Shown here: in pieces, positions 30,063-44,994 of the stretch
Position numbering within the stretch: position 1 is the first letter of the stretch
Layout of the letters: every line of letters starts with the position of its first letter
Assembly: GCA_964016885.1 (NCBI GenBank)
Contig: CAXHJY010000217.1
Location: forward strand, 1-63,392
Source of the DNA: Eledone cirrhosa
Taxonomy: Eukaryota
Length of the DNA stretch: 63,392 nucleotides
Direction of reading: 5' to 3'
Program-made: the position numbers and the translations under genes
The notes under the pieces: model-generated
Told to the model about the DNA's origin: nothing
The model's input: the letters and a program-made list of their open reading frames with translations, nothing else
The model's database searches: none

Positions 30063-31319
30063 GTGGAAAAGATGAAAAAGAGGAGGAGATGAGAGTAAAG
30101 AATTGTGGGGGAGGAGTATAATAAGGAAGGATGAGATAGGAGGAGAAATGGGTGATAGAAAGAGAGAAGTAGCCTTTATAACTGAGTAAAATATATTGTT
30201 TCACACAGAGAGGTTAAAAAGCTGTTGGAAGATGATATATAATTTGAAAGAATTTGAAAATTCATGAAGAGAATTAAATTAAGAATAATATTAAATTAAG
30301 GTTTGTATATGTGTTTAATAATATGTGCGATGAAAAGAAATTGTTAATATGTATTATTAAAATAAAAATATTAATGTTATTAAGGATATAATGTGAAAAG
30401 AAGTAGAAGAGTGGATAAATTATGAATTTAGAGGAATTAGTTAGTGTTTAAGTTTGTTTTTATGTAATGTAATATGTATGCGTAATATATGTAAATAGTT
30501 TGTTTACAAATGAGCGCAGAAAGCTAAGAAGAAAATAGTGTTTAAGGAAGAGAAGACTCTAACAACAAAATATATATGTTTATGAAGTGTTTCCTAATGG
30601 TAATAATATAATATAATGTAATAAAGCAGATTAGTTAGGGTTTAAGTTTGTTTTTATGTATTGTGATATGTAATATGTAAAAGTTAGACGAGCATGAAAG
30701 GGAGAAAAAAATATAATGAATTGAGGAGGAATAATCAACGTCAAAAATTGTTTATGTTTACGAATTGTTTATGTTTACGAAAGATTTTTAAAGGTAATAC
30801 TATAAAGTATTTAAAAGGTAATAATAAGTTTTATGGCCAATGATATGAAGGAAGAAGGAAGAGTGGATATATTGTGGTGAGTAATAATAAGAATTGAGAA
30901 GTATCTAGGAAGAAAAAGTACAGATCATAGGTTAGAAATTAAAAGAAAAGAGGAAGAAAGGGAATTGATAATAGGAAAGATATAGAATGAGTAACTAGTG
31001 TTATATAATGTATAATAAATATCATTGAAATAAGGTAGAAAGATGGGTATATTTTTAATGAAATATATATATATGCTTTTGAGAAAAAGGATTTTAAACT
31101 GGTAAAGTATTAGATATTAGCTGTATACTTTATGGAATGTTCTGTGGAATTTATGCAAGCAGAGAGAAAATAAGTCAGTGCGTCTATTTATTATAGAATC
31201 TAAATTAGATATAATGGTAAATTTCTCACATAAACAAAGATTACATGTTTTGGATAGAGAGGCATTCAAGTAGGGAGAGGCAGAACAAACTTTCCTTCAA
31301 GAGATGTTATAGTTAATAT
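30063..31319 (-). repeat. AT-rich interspersed repeat; first ~590 bp homologous to 35982-36620 (probable Penelope 3' UTR/pLTR)
   Basis: tggaaaagatgaaaaagaggaggagatgagagtaaagaat... shared with 35982 onward; that family carries a hammerhead on the - strand. Confidence 0.6.
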
Positions 31320-32177
31320 ATGGTCCGAAACAGCCATACCAAAATCAACATACTGATTGCGGATTTGGTACGAGTGATGAGAAACGTGTCCCGCATGTGC
31401 AACCCCAAAGAACTAGAGAGACACATACAACACTTCATCCACCGTATGCAGTTCTCTGGTTACAATCAGAGAGATAAAATCAGAGTATATAGAGTAGCCA
31501 GAACCAAATGGGAAAAAATGGTCAATAATGACACAAATGGGACCTTCCCCTTGAATAGGAGCAAATTTTGGAATAGAATAGAAAGAACTAGGAATAAGGC
31601 TAATAGAATAAACTCAAGGTATGATAGCAATAAATACCAGAGTGTAATGTTCATCGATACAACCCCTAAAGGTGAATTAGCTTACAAATTTAGAAGGGCC
31701 CTAGATAAACATAAACTCATTAAGATAGTAGAAAGACCAGGTATTTCTATAAAAACACTTATTAGCAATACATACCCTTTTCAAAGACCTCCCTGTATAG
31801 ATAAGAAATGTATAATCTGTAAATTAAGCCCCCATATTAACTGTAAAACTAGAAATGTAGTATATAGCATAAGATGTACTGAAGGACAATGTAGAGATAA
31901 AAATATAGTGTACATAGGTGAGACAGCTCGTAGTATAGGGGAACGGATAAATGAACACTGGCGAGACCTTCAAGATAGTAAAGAATCATCTGTACTCTAC
32001 CAACATGCTAAAATAGAACATAAGGGTAAATTAGAGAACATAGAAATAAAAATAGAATCTACACACAGAAAAGACGCAATGTTTAGACAAATCACAGAGG
32101 CAATAAACATAAATGAACTCCAACCAAAATTAAATAGAAAACATGAATGGAACAGCAACATCACAACTTACAATTAA
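31320..32177 (+). pseudogene. 5'-truncated Penelope-like ORF (RT thumb, Cys-rich linker, GIY-YIG endonuclease); Neptune/Nematis-like
   Basis: MQFSGY, VMFIDTTPKGEL, C..C..C, CKTRNVVYSIRC, YIGETARSIGERINEH, RQITEAINI, LNRKHEW; 3' UTR continues to ~32550. Confidence 0.85.
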
Positions 32178-32663
32178 GGACAAGATGAAAACACACACGC
32201 ACATAGAACAACCAACCAACCAGTAACATGTAAATAAACAAATAAATAAACAAATATAAACACACGGACACCCGGATGTAACACATGCGCAAACTAAGCA
32301 CACAACACACACAAAAACAAGATGGCGTAGGACAGAACAAAGGAGAGGCACAAAAACAAAGAAAAGGATCCCCAGTCACTGTGACGAAAGAACTTTGACA
32401 ATATATAAACAATCATCTGGTTGTGGAACCAACCAACCAACTGGAAATTTATAAATTCCTAAATTTATAAATTTATAATAAATTGAAGTGAAAGCAACTG
32501 GTGCGTGTGTTTCTTATTGGCAACATGACCCTCCCAAAGTAAAACAATATATATATATAGATATGTATATATAATTATGTATATATATATAATTATGTAT
32601 ATATATATATTTATATATATAAATGTATATATATATATATATATATGTATATGTATATAAATG

Positions 32664-32705
<42 letters not shown>

Positions 32706-32715
32706 AATGTATATG

Positions 32716-32843
<128 letters not shown>

Positions 32844-33058
32844 TTAGGTATAGGATTATCCAAGATGCAGTGATGGTTAATTACTACACTGGATATGGTT
32901 GACGTACGGTAAGAGGACAGCATTGGATATTCGAGTTCTGCAAATACTTGTGAATTTGCACGTAGCGGAACTAGGCTGCAGTACCACCGTGGAAACACTT
33001 GTAAGCACACGGAATAAACTACCTTTTTATGATGTCTACCTGTTATTATTCATTCTTT

Positions 33059-33087
33059 ATATATATATATATATGTATATATATATG

Positions 33088-33118
<31 letters not shown>

Positions 33119-33119
33119 G

Positions 33120-33154
<35 letters not shown>

Positions 33155-33787
33155 GTATATATATATGTATATATATATATATGTATGTGTATATATATAT
33201 ATATGTATGTGTATATATATATATATGTATGTGTATATATATATATGTATGTGTATATATATATGTATATGTATATATATATATGTATATATATATATAT
33301 GTGTGTATATATGTGTATATATATATATGTGTATATATGTATATATATATATATATGTGTATATATGTATATATATGTGTATATATATATATAATGTGTA
33401 TATATGTATATATATATATGTATATATATATATGTTGTATATATGTATATATATATGTATATATATATATGTGTATATATGTATATATATATATATATTT
33501 ATATATGTATATATATGTATATATATATATATGTATATATATGTATATATATATATATATGTATATATATGTATATTATATATATATTTATATATGTATA
33601 TATATATATATTTATATATGTATTATATATATATTTATATATGTATATATATATATATTTATATATGTATATATATATATATTTATATATGTATATATAT
33701 ATATATTTATATATGTATATATATATATATATTTATATATGTATATATATATATTTATATATGTATATATATATATATTTATATATG

Positions 33788-33837
<50 letters not shown>

Positions 33838-35288
33838 TATATATGTATATATATATATATTTATATATGTTATATATATATATATTTATATATGTATATA
33901 TATATATATTTATATATGTATATATATATATATTTTATATATGTATATATATATATTTATATATATATATGTGTATATATATGTGTATATATATATATAT
34001 GTATATATATATATTTATATATATATATGTGTATATATATGTGTATATGTATATATATATATTTATATATATATATGTGTATATGTGTATATATATATAT
34101 ATGTATATATATATATTTATATATATATATGTGTATATATATATGTGTATATATATATATTTATATATATATATGTGTATATATTATGTGTATATATATA
34201 TATGTGTATATATATATGTGTGTATATATATATGTGTATATATATATATGTGTATATATATATGTGTGTATATATATATGTGTATATATATATATATGTA
34301 TATATATATTTATATATATATATTTATATATGTATATATATATATATTTATATATGTATATATATATATTTATATATATGTTTATATATATATGTGTATA
34401 TATATATATTTATATATGTATATTTATATATGTATATATATATATTTATATATGTATATTTATATATGTATATATATATATTTATATATGTATATTTATA
34501 TATGTATATATATATATATTTATATATGTATATTTATATATGTATATATATTTATATGTATATTTATATATGTATATATATATATATTTATATATATATA
34601 TGTATATATATATATATTTATATATGTATATTTATATATGTATATATATATATATTTATATATGTATATTTATATATGTATATATATATGTATATATATA
34701 TATATTTATATATGTGTATATATATATTATATATATGTGTATATATATATATTATATATATATGTATATATATATATTTATATATGTATATATATATATT
34801 ATATATATGTGTATATATATATATTATATATATGTGTATATATATATATTATATATATGTGTATATATATATATTATATATATGTGTATATATATATATT
34901 ATATATATGTGTATATATATATATTATATATATGTGTATATATATATATTATATATATGTGTATATATATATATTATATATATGTGTATATATATATTAT
35001 ATATATTTGTATATATATATATTATATATATTTGTATATATATATATTTATAAATATGTTTATATATATGTATATATATATATTTATATATATATATGTG
35101 TATATATATATATTTATATATATATATATGTGTATATATATATTTATATATATATATGTATATATATTTATGTATATATATATGTTTATAAATATGTTTA
35201 TATATATGTTTATAAATATGTTTATATATATGTTTATAAATATGTTTATATATATGTTTATATATATGTATATATATTTATATATATT
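33059..35288. repeat. (TA)n microsatellite with TG and TTTA variants and local higher-order units
   Basis: Direct inspection. Confidence 0.99.
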
Positions 35289-35633
35289 TGTCACGACAAA
35301 AAAAAATACACACAGTCCACGCTGTAATGTGGCCGTGTAGGTAACACAGTAAAAACCTCCCAGTACACACTGTAAACGTGGTTGGTGTTGGGAAGGGCAC
35401 CCCGCCAGACGTGTAGGTGTCACGACAATAAAACACACAGTCCACGCTGTAATGTGGCCGTGTAGGTACCACGGTAAAAACCTCCCAGTCCACACTGTAA
35501 ACGTGGTTGGTGTTAGGAAGGGCATCCAGCCGTAGAAAACCCGCAAGACAACCAATCTTGCCTCAAGTGGGACAATTCCCGTCCAGACCCATGCTAGCGT
35601 CGAAAATGGACGTTAAACGATGATGATGATGAT
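35289..35633 (+). mobile_element. RTE 3' UTR/SINE-tail fragment with internal duplication and (GAT)n tail
   Basis: Homologous to 6810-7045; tgtcacgacaa...gggca block duplicated. Confidence 0.85.
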
Positions 35634-35751
35634 TATATATGTATATATGTATATATATATTTATAATGTAGGAGATGAGTTTTATTGTAGTTCAATAAAG
35701 CAATGCAGATATCGGATAAGTAACACTCTACAGTTTGTAGGACTGGAGTAT

Positions 35752-37165
35752 AAATAATATATAGGATCAAAAGATGGTTAAAAGAGTTCCATGTATTTTA
35801 TTATGCGCATTTCAAAAACAAATATCATCATGCGATGACATTTGCGTTTTCATCAGATGAAATAGGGAGACATGATATGAAGGTTAAAAAACACTTGTGA
35901 ATAGTGCAGTTTTAAATCAACATATGAAAAGTAGTTTTAGATTGATGTGTGATATTGAGAAAAAATTGAGGGGAGGGGGGTTGGAAAGGATGAAAAAGAG
36001 GAGGAGATGAGAGTAAAGAATGGAGGGGAGGAGTATAATAAGGAAGGATGAGATAGGAGGAGAGATGGGTGAGAGAGAGAGAGATAGTTTTTATAACTGA
36101 GAAAAATATATTGTTTTACAGAGAGATTAAAAAACCATTGGAAGATAATATATAAATTAAAAGAATTTGAAAATTAACGAAGAGAAAAATTTAAGAATAA
36201 CGTTAAATTAAGGTTTGTATATTGAAGGGTTTAATAATATGTGCAATGAAAAGAAATTTTTAATATGTATTAAGAATAATATTAAGTTAAGGTTTGAATA
36301 TTGAAGGGTTTAATAATATGTGGGATGGAAAGAAATTGTTGATATGTATTATTAAAAAAAATAAAAAATAGTAATGTAATTAAGGATATATTGTGAAAAG
36401 AAGTAGAAGAGTGGATGAATTATGAATTTAGAGGAATTATTTAGTGTTTAAGTAATATGTATGTGTAATATGTAAATAGTTTGTTTACAAATGAGAGCTG
36501 AAAGCAAAGAAGGAGATAGTGTTTAAGGAGAAGACCTTAACATCAAAATATGTATGTTTATGAAGTATTTCCTAATGGTAATAATATAATGTAATAAAGG
36601 AGATTAGTTAGGGTTTAAGTTAAATTCATAATTCATTCACTCTTCTACTTCTTTTCACAATATATCCTTAATTACATTACTATTTTTATATTTTTTAATA
36701 ATACATATCAACAATTTCTTTCCATCACACATATTATTAAACCCTTCAATATACAAACCTTAATTTAACATTATTCTTAAATTTTTCTCTTTCTTAATTT
36801 TCAAATTCTTTCAATTTATATATTATCTTCCAATGGTTTTTTAACCTCTCTCTGTAAAACAATATATTTTTCTCAGTTATAAAAGCTATCTCTCTCTCTC
36901 TCTCACCCATCTCTCCTCCTATCTCATCCTTCCTTATTATACTCCTCCCCTCCATTCTTTACTCTCATCTCCCCCCCCCCCCCCCCCCCAATTTTTTCTC
37001 AATATCACACATCAATCTAAAACTACTTTTCATATGTTGATTTTTAACCTTCATATCATGTGACGAAAACGCAAATGTCATCGCATGATGGTATTTGTTT
37101 TTGAAATGCGCATAATAAAATACATGGAACTCTTTTAACCATCTTTTGATCTTATATATTATCTA
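35752..37165. mobile_element. Large inverted repeat (arms ~35752-36430 and 36621-37165) carrying hammerhead motifs; Penelope inverted-pLTR-like
   Basis: 36621-36680 is the reverse complement of 36371-36430; complementarity continues to the outer ends with deletions in the right arm. Confidence 0.75.
35794..35864 (-). ncRNA. Type I hammerhead ribozyme with palindromic stem III
   Basis: tatttcat-CTGATGA-[16-bp stem II, 15 pairs, loop gcat]-GAAA-tgcgca-TA^ataaaata. Confidence 0.8.
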
Positions 37166-37235
<70 letters not shown>

Positions 37236-37244
<9 letters not shown>

Positions 37245-40200
37245 GATCGAGTATCGAAAAATCGGCGCACGAGTTCACGATAAACGAAATTCGATATGAG
37301 CGGCAGAGGGCTCAATAATTCAGATGAATCAGAGCTATAACTATCGTTAAAATACCGTCACATATAGAACAAGTCTACAATCAACCATACGATTTAAAAT
37401 CGATAAAGGAAGATTCGGGCCAAACAGATAAAAAATATCAATAAAACAATACGTCAATAATTTAAATGAATGTAAAATCATACCCGGACCCACTAGAAAG
37501 GTGTTAAATCTAGCTTCATGGGTTTCTGTAAATCCTTAGACTGTACTCTATCAGCTCACATATAAATATAAAAGCCTACTAGAGTAAGTGGAACGGAGTT
37601 TACGTTATCAACGAGTTTTTTCCTGGCGGCAGAGGAGTCAACTAGCGGTGAAAAACGCACATGGCATTAGACAAGGGAGATGACCCCTATATCCGCGAAA
37701 ACAATTCGAGTGAATGTGGAAATACACATATCGAATTAGAGTGCTCAATAGACATGTTAAAATAAAACAAAAGCTATTCATCACTCAATAGAATCGACAA
37801 AAAATGAGCAATAAAATTAACTGGTGGATAGCTATGTCCAGAGCTAAATATATTAGAAAGATCGAGTATCGAAAAATCGGCGCACGAGTTCACGATAAAC
37901 GAAATTCGATATGAGCGGCAGAGGGCTCAATAATTCAGATGAATCAGAGCTATAACTATCGTTAAAATACCGTCACATATAGAACAAGTCTACAATCAAC
38001 CATACGATTTAAAATCGATAAAGGAAGATTCGGGCCAAACAGATAAAAAATATCAATAAAACAATACGTCAATAATTTAAATGAATGTAAAATCATACCC
38101 GGACCCACTAGAAAGGTGTTAAATCTAGCTTCATGGGTTTCTGTAAATCCTTAGACTGTACTCTATCAGCTCACATATAAATATAAAAGCCTACTAGAGT
38201 AAGTGGAACGGAGTTTACGTTATCAACGAGTTTTTTCCTGGCGGCAGAGGAGTCAACTAGCGGTGAAAAACGCACATGGCATTAGACAAGGGAGATGACC
38301 CCTATATCCGCGAAAACAATTCGAGTGAATGTGGAAATACACATATCGAATTAGAGTGCTCAATAGACATGTTAAAATAAAACAAAAGCTATTCATCACT
38401 CAATAGAATCGACAAAAAATGAGCAATAAAATTAACTGGTGGATAGCTATGTCCAGAGCTAAATATATTAGAAAGATCGAGTATCGAAAAATCGGCGCAC
38501 GAGTTCACGATAAACGAAATTCGATATGAGCGGCAGAGGGCTCAATAATTCAGATGAATCAGAGCTATAACTATCGTTAAAATACCGTCACATATAGAAC
38601 AAGTCTACAATCAACCATACGATTTAAAATCGATAAAGGAAGATTCGGGCCAAACAGATAAAAAATATCAATAAAACAATACGTCAATAATTTAAATGAA
38701 TGTAAAATCATACCCGGACCCACTAGAAAGGTGTTAAATCTAGCTTCATGGGTTTCTGTAAATCCTTAGACTGTACTCTATCAGCTCACATATAAATATA
38801 AAAGCCTACTAGAGTAAGTGGAACGGAGTTTACGTTATCAACGAGTTTTTTCCTGGCGGCAGAGGAGTCAACTAGCGGTGAAAAACGCACATGGCATTAG
38901 ACAAGGGAGATGACCCCTATATCCGCGAAAACAATTCGAGTGAATGTGGAAATACACATATCGAATTAGAGTGCTCAATAGACATGTTAAAATAAAACAA
39001 AAGCTATTCATCACTCAATAGAATCGACAAAAAATGAGCAATAAAATTAACTGGTGGATAGCTATGTCCAGAGCTAAATATATTAGAAAGATCGAGTATC
39101 GAAAAATCGGCGCACGAGTTCACGATAAACGAAATTCGATATGAGCGGCAGAGGGCTCAATAATTCAGATGAATCAGAGCTATAACTATCGTTAAAATAC
39201 CGTCACATATAGAACAAGTCTACAATCAACCATACGATTTAAAATCGATAAAGGAAGATTCGGGCCAAACAGATAAAAAATATCAATAAAACAATACGTC
39301 AATAATTTAAATGAATGTAAAATCATACCCGGACCCACTAGAAAGGTGTTAAATCTAGCTTCATGGGTTTCTGTAAATCCTTAGACTGTACTCTATCAGC
39401 TCACATATAAATATAAAAGCCTACTAGAGTAAGTGGAACGGAGTTTACGTTATCAACGAGTTTTTTCCTGGCGGCAGAGGAGTCAACTAGCGGTGAAAAA
39501 CGCACATGGCATTAGACAAGGGAGATGACCCCTATATCCGCGAAAACAATTCGAGTGAATGTGGAAATACACATATCGAATTAGAGTGCTCAATAGACAT
39601 GTTAAAATAAAACAAAAGCTATTCATCACTCAATAGAATCGACAAAAAATGAGCAATAAAATTAACTGGTGGATAGCTATGTCCAGAGCTAAATATATTA
39701 GAAAGATCGAGTATCGAAAAATCGGCGCACGAGTTCACGATAAACGAAATTCGATATGAGCGGCAGAGGGCTCAATAATTCAGATGAATCAGAGCTATAA
39801 CTATCGTTAAAATACCGTCACATATAGAACAAGTCTACAATCAACCATACGATTTAAAATCGATAAAGGAAGATTCGGGCCAAACAGATAAAAAATATCA
39901 ATAAAACAATACGTCAATAATTTAAATGAATGTAAAATCATACCCGGACCCACTAGAAAGGTGTTAAATCTAGCTTCATGGGTTTCTGTAAATCCTTAGA
40001 CTGTACTCTATCAGCTCACATATAAATATAAAAGCCTACTAGAGTAAGTGGAACGGAGTTTACGTTATCAACGAGTTTTTTCCTGGCGGCAGAGGAGTCA
40101 ACTAGCGGTGAAAAACGCACATGGCATTAGACAAGGGAGATGACCCCTATATCCGCGAAAACAATTCGAGTGAATGTGGAAATACACATATCGAATTAGA

Positions 40201-40749
40201 GTGCTCAATAGACATGTTAAAATAAAACAAAAGCTATTCATCACTCAATAGAATCGACAAAAAATGAGCAATAAAATTAACTGGTGGATAGCTATGTCCA
40301 GAGCTAAATATATTAGAAAGATCGAGTATCGAAAAATCGGCGCACGAGTTCACGATAAACGAAATTCGATATGAGCGGCAGAGGGCTCAATAATTCAGAT
40401 GAATCAGAGCTATAACTATCGTTAAAATACCGTCACATATAGAACAAGTCTACAATCAACCATACGATTTAAAATCGATAAAGGAAGATTCGGGCCAAAC
40501 AGATAAAAAATATCAATAAAACAATACGTCAATAATTTAAATGAATGTAAAATCATACCCGGACCCACTAGAAAGGTGTTAAATCTAGCTTCATGGGTTT
40601 CTGTAAATCCTTAGACTGTACTCTATCAGCTCACATATAAATATAAAAGCCTACTAGAGTAAGTGGAACGGAGTTTACGTTATCAACGAGTTTTTTCCTG
40701 GCGGCAGAGGAGTCAACTAGCGGTGAAAAACGCACATGGCATTAGACAA
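37236..40749. repeat. 615-bp tandem array, ~5.7 apparently identical copies
   Basis: gaaagatcgagtatcg recurs at 37241, 37856, 38471, 39086, 39701, 40316. Confidence 0.98.
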
Positions 40750-41378
<629 letters not shown>

Positions 41379-41379
<1 letters not shown>

Positions 41380-41978
41380 GTAGTGACCTACATTCTGCAG
41401 GCTCACATACATTCTCTGTGCGTGATTTGGCTCAGCTCAGCCAATCAACGCCAGTAGAAGAGGATGTATCCCTACGCGCCCTGAGGGAGAAATTCTCCGC
41501 GAAAATTTGAAGAATCTCTCTCTCGCACCCGGAACTTCGAACCAGCAACACGTACATGTGACGGTGAGATTTTGCACTTTGGCCTGCCGGTTTTCCGGCA
41601 CAATGGCATATTCCCTTTTGTAACCTCATTTTATGTGTAACTTCAACCATACAAGTTAACAAACATTATTTGTGCTACAACGGAGGGCGGAGGATTGGTA
41701 GTATCGGTAGAGGGTCGGACGCCATGCTTTCCAGCATAGTTACGTCCCTTTACGATCTGAGTTCAAATCCCGCCGAAGTTGACTTTGCCTTTCATCCTTA
41801 CGGGGTCGATAAAATAAAGTACCAGTAATGCACTGGGTAATGCTGGCCTTGTGCCTAACGTAGAAACAATTATTTGTGCTACAACAAAAATAAACATACA
41901 TTTCATCTCTAATTTCTGCTGTTGACATCATTATTATGTTACTCGTGTCTCTATAACATTTATATACTACGCTGCTAA
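41379..41978 (+). mobile_element. Possible solo LTR interrupted by a SINE
   Basis: Starts TGTAGTG, CCAAT box near 41441, AATAAA near 41889, degenerate 3' end; flanked by TA. Confidence 0.35.
41682..41868 (+). mobile_element. tRNA-derived SINE with Meta-like central domain and 17-bp TSD
   Basis: A box tggtagtatcgg, B box gttcaaatcc, gcctttcatccttacggggtcgataaaataaagtaccag; TSD attatttgtgctacaac at 41665-41681 and 41869-41885. Confidence 0.85.
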
Positions 41979-42017
41979 ATATATATTTATGTATATATGT
42001 ATATATATGTATATATG

Positions 42018-42052
<35 letters not shown>

Positions 42053-42089
42053 GTATATATGTATATATATATATATATGTATATATGTA

Positions 42090-42120
<31 letters not shown>

Positions 42121-42217
42121 ATATATATGTATATATATATATGTATATATGTATATATATATGTATATATGTATATATATATGTATATATATATATGTAT
42201 ATATGTATGTATATATG

Positions 42218-42250
<33 letters not shown>

Positions 42251-42659
42251 GTATATATGTATATATGTATATATATATGTGTATATATATGTATATATAT
42301 ATGTATATATATATGTATATATATATGTATATATATATGTATATATATATGTATATATATATGTATATATATATGTATATATATATGTATATATATATGT
42401 ATATATATATGTATATATATATGTATATATGTATGTATATATGTATATATATATGTATATGTATATATGTATATGTATATATGTATATGTATATATGTAT
42501 ATATATATATGTATATATATATGTATGTATATATGTATGTATATATGTGTGTATATATGTATGTATATATGTATGTATATATGTGTGTATATATGTATGT
42601 ATATATGTATATATATATATATATGTATATATGTATATATATATATATATGTATATATG

Positions 42660-42726
<67 letters not shown>

Positions 42727-42740
42727 ATATATATATATAT

Positions 42741-43810
42741 ACATAGATTTTACATGTGGCCGGTGCTCTGGTGCAATAAGTAGCAGCAAGTGCCCACAAG
42801 CTACTAGCTCTTTCAATTGCGCAGAGGGTTCTATAGAAATAGTGGACAGCTTCCGTTACCTGGGCGATAAAATCAGCAGTGGGGGAGGGTGCTCTGAAAG
42901 TACTGTAGCTAGAGTCAGAACTGCTTGGAAAAAGTTCAGAGAGCTTATACCACTATTAGCTGCTAAAGGGTTCTCACTAAAAATGAAAGGCAGGTTGTAC
43001 GATGCCTGCATACGAACAGCAATGCTGCATGGCAGTGAGACCTGGGCATTGTGTGCAGAGGATATACGCAGACTAGAGAGGAACGAAGCTTGCATGCTCC
43101 GCTGGATGTGTAACAGTAATATACGTGAACGGCAAAGCATAAACGAACTAAGGAAAAAATTAGAGATAAGAGGGATCAGATGTTGTTTACTCGAGAGAAG
43201 GCTACGTTGGTATGGACACGTGATGCGCATGAAAGTCGATAGCTGTATAACAAAGTGCAGGGCAATAAAGATAGACGGTAGTCACGGAATAGGCAGACCT
43301 AGAAAAACCTGGGACGAGCTGATAAACTCCGACATCACACACTTACACCTCTCCAAGACAATGTCACTGGACCGAGACCTTTGGCGGTACTCAGTAACAG
43401 AGAAGACCCGCCTTACCTAAATATATAGTAAAACCTACTCCAGCCAGTAGGCATCCCTAACAAAATACACCCCGTCCCACCACCCCCACCCCTACCCCAT
43501 CCACACCACCCCGTTCTATGTAAAGTTATGTTGGTGCCGCGCCATCGAGGCCGAAACAAATGAGATCGTGTAGGTGTCACGACAAAAAAACACACAGTCC
43601 ACGCTGTAATGTGGCCGTGTAGGCAACACGGTAAAAACCTCCCAGACCCACACTGTAAATGTGGTTGGTGTTAGGAAGGGCATCCAACTGTAGAAAACCT
43701 GCCAGACAGTCCTATGCGAGCAAGACAATCACTCTTGCCTCAAGTGGGACTACCCCCGTCCAAACCCATGCAAGCGTGGAACACGGACGTTAAACGTTGA
43801 TGATGATGAT
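42741..43810 (+). mobile_element. 5'-truncated RTE family A copy (ORF end at 43420, (GAT)n tail)
   Basis: Near-identical to 5976-7045. Confidence 0.95.
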
Positions 43811-43815
43811 ATGTA

Positions 43816-43858
<43 letters not shown>

Positions 43859-43860
<2 letters not shown>

Positions 43861-44886
43861 ACAAAATACTAGCTCTTTCAATTGCGCAGAGGGTTCTATA
43901 GAAATAGTGGACAGCTTCCGTTACCTGGGCGATAAAATCAGCAGTGGGGGAGGGTGCTCTGAAAGTACTGTAGCTAGAGTCAGAACTGGATGGAAAAAGT
44001 TCAGAGAGCTTATACCACTATTAGCCACGAAAGGGTTCTCCCTAAAAATGAAAGGCAGGTTGCATGATGCCTGCATACGAACAGCAATGTTGCATGGCAT
44101 TGAGACCTGGGCATTGTGTGCAGAGGATATACGCAGACTAGAGAGGAACGAAGCTTACATGCTCCGCTGGATGTGTAATAGTAACATACGTGATCGGCAA
44201 AGCATAAGCGAACTAAGGAAAAAATTAGAAATAAGAGGGATCAGATGTTGTTTTCTCGAGAGAAGGCTACGTTGGTATGGTCACGTGATGCGCATGAAAG
44301 ACGACAGCTGTATAACAAAGTGCAGGGCAATAAAGATAGACGGTAGCTACGGAGTAGGCAGACCCACAAAAATCTGGGACGAGCTGATAAATTCCGACCT
44401 CACACACTTACACCGCTCCAAGACAATGTCACTGGACCGACACCTTTGGCGCTACGCAGTAATACAGAAGACCCGCCTTGCCTAAGTACAAAGTAAAACC
44501 TACTACAGTCAGTAGGCATCTCTAACAAAATACACCCCCGTCCCACCACCCAGACCCCATCCACACCGCCCCTTTCAATGTAAAGTTATGTTTGTGCCAC
44601 AACATCCAGGCCGAAACAAATGAGATCGTGTAGGGGTCACGACAAAAAAAACACACAGTCCACGCTGTGATGTGGCCGTGTAGGCAACACGGTAAAAACC
44701 TCCCAGTCCCACACTGTAAATGTGGTTGGTGTTAGGAAGGGCATCCAGCTGTAGAAAACCCGCCAGACAGTCCTATGCGAGCAAGACAATCACTCTTGCC
44801 ACAAGTGGGAAAACCCCCGTCCAAACCCATGCAAGCGTGGAACACGGACGTTAAACGACGATGATGATGATGATGATGATGATGAT
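43859..44886 (+). mobile_element. 5'-truncated RTE family A variant copy (ORF end at 44485)
   Basis: Homologous to 6029-7045, more diverged; long (GAT)n tail. Confidence 0.95.
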
Positions 44887-44889
44887 ATG

Positions 44890-44921
<32 letters not shown>

Positions 44922-44945
44922 TATATATATATGTATATATGTATG

Positions 44946-44994
<49 letters not shown>

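Noticed and set aside
32360-32400. Variant hammerhead in the GIY-YIG element 3' UTR (gtcac-t-gtgac-GAAA)
   Set aside because: No CUGANGA box or stem I found
37505-37560. Hammerhead on - strand of the 615-bp unit (CTGATAGA...GAAA)
   Set aside because: Extra core bases, no NUH site and no stem I
37236-40749. CRISPR array or rRNA/snRNA gene cluster
   Set aside because: No repeat-spacer structure, no cas genes, no recognisable RNA gene motifs
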